From assembly GCA_963663405.2 (NCBI GenBank), contig CAXXSM010000126.1, forward strand, positions 1 through 16,545: a stretch of 16,545 nucleotides of DNA, in the 5' to 3' direction. The stretch comes from a bacterium. GTDB lineage: Bacteria > Hinthialibacterota > Hinthialibacteria > Hinthialibacterales > Hinthialibacteraceae. The stretch's first letter is position 1. Each line of letters begins with the position of its first letter. A program made the translations under genes and the position numbers. Positions 1-7,486 of the stretch are shown here, piece by piece. The notes under the pieces were generated by a model. The model did no database searches. It was not told the origin of the DNA and saw nothing but the letters and a program-made list of their open reading frames with translations.

Positions 1-237
1 ATAGAGTTACCATACAGAATAGAATTGTGTATCATTACGCGGATTTCTCTATCCCCTTGAGCCTATGATCAAGAAATAATATGAAATTCCTTACGCCGTT
101 GTTGGATAAAATAGAAATACGGTTCTAATATATAGTTTCAGAATACTGAAACGGGAACTCGATCCGTTCAGAGAGATTTGGGTGGAACGCGGCGCCGGCG
201 GGATAATCTCGCTGCGGACATTTTCAGGATTAACAGA

Positions 238-1140
238 ATGCTCGAATTCGACTCATGGCAGCGGTGCGAAACCGTCAAACATCTCCTTAACTGGTCCCTT
301 GGAGAGGAAAAAGCAACTCTCCTGGATGTTGGAGGCTATCCAGGCCGTATGCGGGCGATGATGCCTCAACACGACTGGATCCTTTGTGATCCCCTCGTTG
401 ACGCGCCCGGCGATCAACTGCGCGGCGGCGCCGAAGCGCTCCCTTTTAAAGACGATTCCTTTGATCTCTGCGTCGCTCTTGACGTATTGGAACACATTCC
501 CGAAGAGAAACGCCCACACGTTCTGCAGGAAATGACGCGGGTCTCAAAATATGGCCTTCTTCTCAGCTTCCCTTATCAGAATCCCCTTGTGGAAGCGGCG
601 GAAAGTCACGTCCGCGAAGTGTATTCCCACCTGAATGATGGCAAAGAACACCCCTGGTTAGCGGAACACGCCCTGTATCCCCTCCCAGACCTTGTACAAA
701 TCCTTGAGCAGCTCCAATCCTTTGGAGGTGAGACCGGTGTCTTCGATGTGGGGGGAGTTTTACGGTGGATGAAATTACAATTCTTCGACATGCTGCTCGA
801 AGAAACGCCTGGAACGTTGGATCTCGCAAAGGAACTCGATCGATTCTACCAAGACAAGATTTTCCCCTATGAATTCAAATCAACTTCCTATCGGAAAATC
901 ATTCTTCACCTTCTCCACGCCCAAGAACCGATTCCCTTGGAATTGATTCAACCTCCCATCGAAGAAGAAATCCCGGTCGAGATGGAATTCCAACGGGAAA
1001 TTATGATGGGATTAACGGATATCATTATCCCGTCACTCTCTCAAGTCATTCAAAAGGTGAAAGACACCCGCATTGAAAGCCCCCCCATCAAAGCCGAAGA
1101 AAAAATAATCCCCGAAGAACCATTCCGGAAAGATGACTGA
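238..1140 (+). CDS. Class I SAM-dependent methyltransferase (Methyltransf_11-like); probably the 5' part of a longer frameshifted gene ending at 1867
   Basis: Motif I LLDVGGYPG plus GGAEALPFKDDSFDLCVALDVLEHIP (the LPF..xSFD...DVLEH pattern of type-11 methyltransferases). ATG at 238 is preferred over the TTG at 178. The stop at 1138-1140 falls where the Glu/Pro-rich sequence continues in another frame. Confidence 0.85.
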   Translation: MLEFDSWQRCETVKHLLNWSLGEEKATLLDVGGYPGRMRAMMPQHDWILCDPLVDAPGDQLRGGAEALPFKDDSFDLCVALDVLEHIPEEKRPHVLQEMTRVSKYGLLLSFPYQNPLVEAAESHVREVYSHLNDGKEHPWLAEHALYPLPDLVQILEQLQSFGGETGVFDVGGVLRWMKLQFFDMLLEETPGTLDLAKELDRFYQDKIFPYEFKSTSYRKIILHLLHAQEPIPLELIQPPIEEEIPVEMEFQREIMMGLTDIIIPSLSQVIQKVKDTRIESPPIKAEEKIIPEEPFRKDD

Positions 1141-1867
1141 ACTCCCGGATGAAGCCGAAGACGAAGAAACTTAAATCCGAACCGGAGATTGACACTGAAC
1201 TCCCGGATGACTCTAAGCCTGAAGACATTCCAATAGAAGACGAAGAAACCAAAACCGAAACGCCGGATGATACGGTTCCCCCAAAAGAAACGAAACCTGA
1301 AGACGTCTCACCCATAACAGAAGAGATCGAAACCGAACCGGAGATTGATACTGAACTCCCGGATGACTCTAAGCCTGAAGACACCCCAGTAGAAGGCGAA
1401 GCGCTCAAAACCGAACCGGTGGATGACGCAGAACTCACAGAAGACGCTAAATCCGAAGACCTTCCGGATGAAGACGAAGAACTAAAAACCGAACCGGAGG
1501 ATGAAACTGCGCCTCCGGAAGAAGCCGAACCGGAAGACACTCCAATAGACGATGAGAAAATCGATACCGAATCCAACAGAAGACACCGAACCGGCGCCCG
1601 TTCCTCCTGAACCCGAAGAGGGAAAAAGCGTGGAAGCGCCTCCCTGAACCTGAGCCTCCCAGCGCCCCGGAACCTGTCGTAGATCCCTGTCTATCGGAAT
1701 ATGTCACACGCCTTGAAACAAGCATCCAATTATGGGAAGAGGCCTACCGGGAAGCGCAGAACGCGACCCTAGAGGCGCATCGCTGGCGCAATACCCTCGA
1801 ACAACGAACCAGTTTTAAAATCTACCGGCGTCTCATGCGCGCGATCGGCCGCGCGGTTGAACCCTAA
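1136..1867 (+). pseudogene. Frameshifted 3' continuation of the methyltransferase gene: acidic Pro/Glu/Asp repeat linker plus helical/basic C-terminus (includes track ORF 1149..1610)
   Basis: E/D/P-rich sense sequence passes through successive +1 frames: TELPDEAEDEE (1136-1168), LKSEPEID...KIDTE (1170-1571), PTEDTEPAPVPPEPEEGKSVEAP (1573-1641), then PEPEPPSAPEPVVDPCLSEYVTRLETSIQLWEEAYREAQNATLEAHRWRNTLEQRTSFKIYRRLMRAIGRAVEP* (1643-1867). Removing 4 nt from 238-1867 gives 542 codons. Confidence 0.7.
1173..1562 (+). repeat. Five degenerate 78-nt (26-aa) coding tandem repeats
   Basis: KSEPEIDTELPDDSKPEDIPIEDEET / KTETPDDTVPPKETKPEDVSPITEEI / ETEPEIDTELPDDSKPEDTPVEGEAL / KTEPVDDAELTEDAKSEDLPDEDEEL / KTEPEDETAPPEEAEPEDTPIDDEKI. 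Units 1 and 3 are nearly identical in DNA over ~50 nt (1177 vs 1333, offset 156). Confidence 0.9.
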
Positions 1868-1870
1868 CTC

Positions 1871-1906
1871 CTTCTTCGTTTACGAATGAAGCTGTATGAT
1901 CGTAAA
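1871..1906. promoter_or_regulatory. Possible regulatory dyad in the spacer ahead of the array
   Basis: TTTACGA (1879-1885)-N14-TCGTAAA (1900-1906) inverted repeat overlapping a TATGAT hexamer (1895-1900), plus the imperfect palindrome CTTCTTCGT-TT-ACGAA-T-GAAG (1871-1891). Confidence 0.25.
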
Positions 1907-1936
1907 TAAATACGCTATTTGATACATGGATTCAAT

Positions 1937-4660
1937 ATGCGCATAACTATCATTCAGCTTGCAATACTTCTGCTATTATTCCATTCCTGTCAACAAAACA
2001 ACGCTTCCAAAGACGATCCGCGTTCGTCTTCTCAGGCGATCTCCATCTCAAACGCGCCCCAGCTCTTTCTCGACGATTCCTTAATCGCGAAAACGAGTAA
2101 CCTGAAGCGTGTTCTCCAGCGCCCGAAAAAACATCCCGCCAATCCCGTTATCGTCCAGGGCACCCCGTGGGAACAGCGATACATGCAGATGTATGGAACG
2201 GTTCTCTACGACGAGGACACCAATCGTTTCCGCGCCTGGTATATGGCCAGCGAAAGTGAAGAGAAAATCCCTGAAACCTATATTTGTTACGCTGAATCTC
2301 TCGATGGCGTTCATTGGAATAAACCACCGGTTGGCGCAATCACTCTCCCCGGTCATACACAGCACAACGCGGTCCTAGCGGGCGCGCATGGTCTTTGTGT
2401 GATGAAAGATCGCGAGGAAACAGATCCTACGAAACGTTATAAAGGATTGGGTGGCGAAGTCCTCGCCTTCTCACCGGATGGAATCCATTGGACTACAGAT
2501 ACATTTCAATCCGCCGGACAAAATGACACCAGTTCCTCTTTTGTAAAATGGAATGGGGAATACCTTGCCTTCATCAGAAACCAGGAACGGTTTCGCGGCT
2601 CGATCCGGGATTACACGAGACAGAAAGCGAGAAAAAAACTTTTTTTCAAGGAAACCATCCGTGAAATCGCCTTCTCCGCCAGCTCGGATTTTTCCACCTG
2701 GGCGCCAAAAGAAACGATTTTCACTTCGGACTTACATGATGGATATCCTTGGACACAACCCTATGGTGTTGCCGTATCCCCTTACGGAGATCAACTCATT
2801 GGATTGATCTGGTTTCTTCATCTTGACCGCGTCATTGGGAACAATAATCAAGGCGCGCAAAACGTCCAATTAATCGCCAGCCGGGATGGACGGCGATGGA
2901 ACCGCGTAGCGGATCGCGCTATATTTCTCGAAACATCCGCAGGGAAATGGGATCGAGGCCGTGTGTATCCATCGGTGTCATTGGTTCTCAAAGACGATCA
3001 AATCTACATTTACTACACGGGAAGCGATACACGGCACGGTGAAGATTGGGGAACAATGGGAATCGGTCTGGCCACGCTGCCCGCGGACCGTTTCGTGGCT
3101 CTGACTCTTCAAAATGAATCCACCGAAGGCGTTCTTGAAACACGATTGCTTCAAATAACGGGAAAGAATCTGATCGTCAACGCGGAAATCTCTGAAAATG
3201 ATCTGCAAGCCGAACTCATCAATGCGAATGGAACAGTCATTCAAGGATTTGACCGGAGCTGTTCCCGCCTAATCCAGCGCGATCCATTGCGATATAAAAT
3301 CGTATGGGAAAAGAATGAGAAGGAAAAAAGCCTTCTTGACGCGCCACGTGAGGCGCCTTTGTCCATTCGTTTCTATCTTCGAAAAGGTTCTCTCTTCGCG
3401 TTCCAAGCGGAATCACACGATGAGGACACGCCAATTCAAAAACTCAACACTCCCTGGCGTGATTATCGAACGCAATACGAACGGGATCGCGAAGATTTAA
3501 CCCAAGCGATTCACTCCAATCCAAACCAGTCTTCTTTATACTATAAACGTGGAGTTCTTCACGCCCAATACGGAAATAGAGCCCTTGCAATCAAGGACTT
3601 CACAAAATGCATTGAACTTAGCCCAAATCACGTGGAAGCCTACTTTGAAAGAGGGAATAACCGGTTCTTCCTTACACAATACCCTTCCGCACTAGCCGAT
3701 TTCAATCAAGTCATAAAACTCAATCCGCGCCATCCCAATGTCTATTCGCGATTAGGTATTTTCCTCTACCATATGGAAAAAGAGGAAGAAGCCCTGCGCG
3801 CGCTCTCAAATGGTATCAAACAGCTTCCTAACCATTCGGATTTGTATTGCGATCGCGGGTATATTTATCTCTTCACCGATCAACCCGAAAAAGCCCTTAT
3901 CGATTATAACCGCGCCATCGAACTCAATCCGGCGGAACCGGACGCCTATTTCGAACGCGGCAGCGCGCACCGTGTCTTATTGAATCATCAACGCGCCATC
4001 CAGGATTTCACGAAAGCCCTCCAACTTAATCCGAATGACGACGCGGTTTTATGTATACGCGGTGTTTCGTATGGATTGCTTAATCTACCACAACGCGCCA
4101 TTGAGGATTTTTCCTTGGCGATCACGCTGAATCCTTATCAAGTTCTTGCTTTCAAAAATCGTGGCGCGCTCTATGCGAAGATGAGCTACTATGACTTATC
4201 CATTCAAGATTTTACCCAAGCGATTCAACTCGATCCAAATGATCCAACACTTTACCACTCCCGCGGGAATTCATACATCCTCTCTGGAAATTTCGATCGC
4301 GCCATCCAGGACTTCAACCAGGCGCTTCAACTTGATCCCGGCAATCCAGTATACACATTACTCCTCGGTCATTCATATATTGAAAATACAAACTATACAA
4401 CCGCAATTGAAATACTTTCCCCCATCATACAAAGCGATCCTATTTCGATTCATTACTCTCTCGCGAGAGCGTACAGCCAACGCGCCGTTTTACGCCAAAA
4501 ACAAACCGAACGGCGGCAAGACATTGATTCCGCCCTCGATCATGTAGAGCAAAGCGTCAAAGCCGGATTGAAGGATTGGAAACAATTACTCACACGGCCC
4601 GAGTTCATCGTCTTACAAAAAGAAGAACGTTTCCAGAAGTTCGTACAAGGCGCCGAATAA
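1937..4660 (+). CDS. Paralog 1: lipoprotein, GH-like five-bladed beta-propeller + beta-rich domain + 9 TPR + TPR-capping domain (907 aa from ATG 1937)
   Basis: Signal MRITIIQLAILLLLFHS-C. Propeller motifs QLFLDD, HPANP, YAESLDGVHW, SPDGIHW, SRDGRRW (Asp-box-like SxDGxxW) and IGLATLPADRFV. 34-aa TPRs from ~3530. C-terminal HYSLARAYS...ALDHVEQSVKAGLKDW...RF cap. The track start at 1919 is TTG. Confidence 0.85.
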   Translation: MRITIIQLAILLLLFHSCQQNNASKDDPRSSSQAISISNAPQLFLDDSLIAKTSNLKRVLQRPKKHPANPVIVQGTPWEQRYMQMYGTVLYDEDTNRFRAWYMASESEEKIPETYICYAESLDGVHWNKPPVGAITLPGHTQHNAVLAGAHGLCVMKDREETDPTKRYKGLGGEVLAFSPDGIHWTTDTFQSAGQNDTSSSFVKWNGEYLAFIRNQERFRGSIRDYTRQKARKKLFFKETIREIAFSASSDFSTWAPKETIFTSDLHDGYPWTQPYGVAVSPYGDQLIGLIWFLHLDRVIGNNNQGAQNVQLIASRDGRRWNRVADRAIFLETSAGKWDRGRVYPSVSLVLKDDQIYIYYTGSDTRHGEDWGTMGIGLATLPADRFVALTLQNESTEGVLETRLLQITGKNLIVNAEISENDLQAELINANGTVIQGFDRSCSRLIQRDPLRYKIVWEKNEKEKSLLDAPREAPLSIRFYLRKGSLFAFQAESHDEDTPIQKLNTPWRDYRTQYERDREDLTQAIHSNPNQSSLYYKRGVLHAQYGNRALAIKDFTKCIELSPNHVEAYFERGNNRFFLTQYPSALADFNQVIKLNPRHPNVYSRLGIFLYHMEKEEEALRALSNGIKQLPNHSDLYCDRGYIYLFTDQPEKALIDYNRAIELNPAEPDAYFERGSAHRVLLNHQRAIQDFTKALQLNPNDDAVLCIRGVSYGLLNLPQRAIEDFSLAITLNPYQVLAFKNRGALYAKMSYYDLSIQDFTQAIQLDPNDPTLYHSRGNSYILSGNFDRAIQDFNQALQLDPGNPVYTLLLGHSYIENTNYTTAIEILSPIIQSDPISIHYSLARAYSQRAVLRQKQTERRQDIDSALDHVEQSVKAGLKDWKQLLTRPEFIVLQKEERFQKFVQGAE

Positions 4661-4698
4661 GAATGAAACCAGCGGCGCGCATGGGAAAACTAAAATAA

Positions 4699-7443
4699 AT
4701 GATTGCTCGAACGCTAGATCCAAGACGGAAATTATTCTATCCGGTTTTCATTTGTCTCTTATTTTTTATAACCGGTTCATGCCAACAAAACAACATGAAC
4801 GATGACGAGTCTTATTCGTCTTCCCCGGCGGTTACCATCTCCAATGCGCCTCAGCTCTTTCTCGACGATTCTATAATCACGAAAATGAGCAACATTAAAC
4901 GTGTCCTCCAACGCCCCAAGAAACATCCCGCGAATCCCATCATTGTCCAGGACACCCCGTGGGAACAACGATACCTGCAGATGTATGGAACCGTTCTCTA
5001 CGACGAAGAAATCAACCACTTCCGCGCCTGGTATATGGCCAGTGAAAGCGAAGAGAAAACACCCGAAACCTACATCTGCTACGCCGAATCTCTCGATGGC
5101 GTCCACTGGATCAAGCCAACGGTCGGCACAATCATTCTCCCCGGCCATACGCGGCACAACGCGGTCTTGGCAGGCGCGCACGGTCTTTGTGTGATGAAAG
5201 ACCGCGAAGAACCCGATCCCGCGAAACGCTATAAAGGATTGGGCGGCGAAGTTCTTGCTTTCTCTCCGGATGGGATTCATTGGACTACTGAAACCTTCCA
5301 ATCCTCCGGGCAGAATGACACCAGCTCCTCTTTCGCCAAATGGAATGGGGAATACCTGGCTTTCATTCGGAACCAGGAATGTTTTCGCGGCTCGATCCGG
5401 CAATACACTCGCCAAAACGTCAGAGCAAAACCATTCATTAATGACACGATCCGGGAAATCGCCTTCTCCACCAGCCTGGATTTTTTAACTTGGGCGCCAA
5501 AAGAAACGATCTTCACCTCCGATCTGCAAGACGGCTATCCCTGGACGCAGCCCTATGGCCTGGCCGTTACCTCCTATGGAGATCAACTTATTGGATTGGT
5601 CTGGTTTCTTCATCTAGACCACGTCATTGGGAACACGAAGCAAGGCGCGCAGAACATCCAACTCGCCATCAGCCGGGATGGACGACGATGGACCCGCGTA
5701 GCGGACCGCGCCGTGTTTTTAGAATCCTCCCCAAGTAAATGGGACCAAGGCCGTGTCTATCCATCGACATCATTGGTTCTCAAAGACGATCAAATCTATA
5801 TCTACTACACGGGAAGCGATACAAGGCACGGTGAAGATTGGGGAAAAATGGGAATCGGTCTGGCCACACTACCCGCGGATCGCTTCGTGGCTCTTGCACC
5901 CTGCGATGAATCCACTGAAGGCATTCTCGAAACCCGCTTACTTCATATAACGGGAAAGAATCTTGTGATTAATGCGGAGATCTCCGAAAATGACTTGCAA
6001 GCCGAACTCTTGAATGCGAAAGGAAAAATAATTCCTGGATTTAACCGGAATCGTTCACACCTAACCCAACAGGACCCATTACGATATAGAATGACCTGGA
6101 ATACAAATAAAACACTTCAAGACGCGCCTGCAGATTCTCCTTTCTCTATTCGTTTTTATCTTCGAAAAGGCTCTCTCTTCGCATTCCAAACCGAACCACT
6201 CGAGGGAGATTCACAAACACCCAAACCAAGCAATCCATGGAGTGACTATCGAACGCAATACGAACGAGACCGCGCAATCTTGACGGAAGCGATCCAGACC
6301 AATCCAAACGCAGCGTCACTCTACCTCGAACGAGGAAAACTCCACGTTCATGCAGGGAACCGACAGCTTGGAATCGACGACTTCACAAAAGTCATTGAAT
6401 TCGATCCCAGCAACACAGAAGCCTATCTGGAAAGGGGTATAAATCAATTCTTCCTCACACAATTCACCCCTTCGTATTTCGATTTTAAAAAGATTCTCGA
6501 ACTCAATCCCTCGCACCCCAGAGCCTATTCCGAGCTTGGTTTATTCCTTTACGAAACAGGTCAAGATGAAAAATCTTTAAATATACTATCCGAGGGAATC
6601 GAAAAACTTCCGAGGAATTCAGCGCTGTATTCCGATCGTGGCTATCTTCATCTCATTTTAAACCAATCCGAAGAAGCCTTGCTCGATTACAGCCGCGCCA
6701 TTGAACTCGATCCGGAGGACGTTGACTCCTATTTCGATCGCGGTATCACGCATCACTATATGAAGAACTATCAACTCGCTATCCAAGATTTTACGAAAGC
6801 CCTTGAACTCAATCCGAATGAGGATTGCTTTTTGTCCAATCGCGGCGCTTCGTATGTCTATTTCGATCAACCGGAACGCGCTATCGCCGATTTTACCAAA
6901 GCGATCGCGATCAATCCCTATAATTCCTCTGCTTTTAGAAATCGGGGCTGTCTGTATGCAAAGGAAGGAAAACACAGCCTCGCTATACAAGACTTTGACA
7001 AAGCGATTCAACTCGAACCTAAAAAACCAACGTATTATTACTACCGTGGACACTCCTCCTATTATTCAGGAAATTATGAACGCGCCATTGCTGATTTCTC
7101 CCGCGCGCTCGAATTCGATCCTGACAATGCAACATATACAAAATTACTTGGTCACTCCTACCTTTTGAACAAAAAGTATAGCTCCGCGATTGACACTCTC
7201 TCTTCTATCATAGAGAGTGATCCCAGCGGGATTCATTATTCCCTGGCGAGAGCGTACAGCCTCCGTTCTGTCACACGTCAAGAAGAAACGGAACGGCGGC
7301 GGGACATCGCCTCTGCGCTCGATCATCTTGAACAAAGCGTCAAAGCCGGATTGAAAGATTGGAAACAAATAAGCGCACGGCCCGAGTTCATCGTTTTACA
7401 GAAAGAAGAACGTTTCCAGAAGCTACTGCAAAGCAACGAATAA
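4699..7443 (+). CDS. Paralog 2: lipoprotein, GH-like beta-propeller + 9 TPR + capping domain (914 aa)
   Basis: Signal ...FICLLFFITGS-C; same motifs as paralog 1; TPRs from ~6313. An in-frame TAA immediately before ATG 4699 rules out any upstream start. Confidence 0.88.
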   Translation: MIARTLDPRRKLFYPVFICLLFFITGSCQQNNMNDDESYSSSPAVTISNAPQLFLDDSIITKMSNIKRVLQRPKKHPANPIIVQDTPWEQRYLQMYGTVLYDEEINHFRAWYMASESEEKTPETYICYAESLDGVHWIKPTVGTIILPGHTRHNAVLAGAHGLCVMKDREEPDPAKRYKGLGGEVLAFSPDGIHWTTETFQSSGQNDTSSSFAKWNGEYLAFIRNQECFRGSIRQYTRQNVRAKPFINDTIREIAFSTSLDFLTWAPKETIFTSDLQDGYPWTQPYGLAVTSYGDQLIGLVWFLHLDHVIGNTKQGAQNIQLAISRDGRRWTRVADRAVFLESSPSKWDQGRVYPSTSLVLKDDQIYIYYTGSDTRHGEDWGKMGIGLATLPADRFVALAPCDESTEGILETRLLHITGKNLVINAEISENDLQAELLNAKGKIIPGFNRNRSHLTQQDPLRYRMTWNTNKTLQDAPADSPFSIRFYLRKGSLFAFQTEPLEGDSQTPKPSNPWSDYRTQYERDRAILTEAIQTNPNAASLYLERGKLHVHAGNRQLGIDDFTKVIEFDPSNTEAYLERGINQFFLTQFTPSYFDFKKILELNPSHPRAYSELGLFLYETGQDEKSLNILSEGIEKLPRNSALYSDRGYLHLILNQSEEALLDYSRAIELDPEDVDSYFDRGITHHYMKNYQLAIQDFTKALELNPNEDCFLSNRGASYVYFDQPERAIADFTKAIAINPYNSSAFRNRGCLYAKEGKHSLAIQDFDKAIQLEPKKPTYYYYRGHSSYYSGNYERAIADFSRALEFDPDNATYTKLLGHSYLLNKKYSSAIDTLSSIIESDPSGIHYSLARAYSLRSVTRQEETERRRDIASALDHLEQSVKAGLKDWKQISARPEFIVLQKEERFQKLLQSNE

Positions 7444-7486
7444 AAAAATGATTCCTGCGTCATACATGGGAAAACAGAAACAAAAA

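Noticed and set aside
1-140. Possible divergent gene start (minus-strand ATG at 35) and sigma70-like promoter TTGGAT-N18-TAATAT (102-131)
   Set aside because: Only 11 codons are visible, and the promoter match is weak in AT-rich DNA; neither can be supported.
1173-1562. CRISPR-like periodicity
   Set aside because: The period is 78 nt and codon-aligned, degenerate throughout, with no constant repeat/unique spacer structure and no cas genes.
1088-1576. 162-aa Ser-rich minus-strand ORF
   Set aside because: Antisense shadow of GAA/GAC-rich codons in the acidic repeat.
2631-2647. GAAAAAAA-C-TTTTTTTC dyad with A7/T7 runs in the variable loop of paralog 1
   Set aside because: In frame, encodes RKKLFF, has only a 1-nt loop and is absent from the other copies; no evidence for phase variation or termination.
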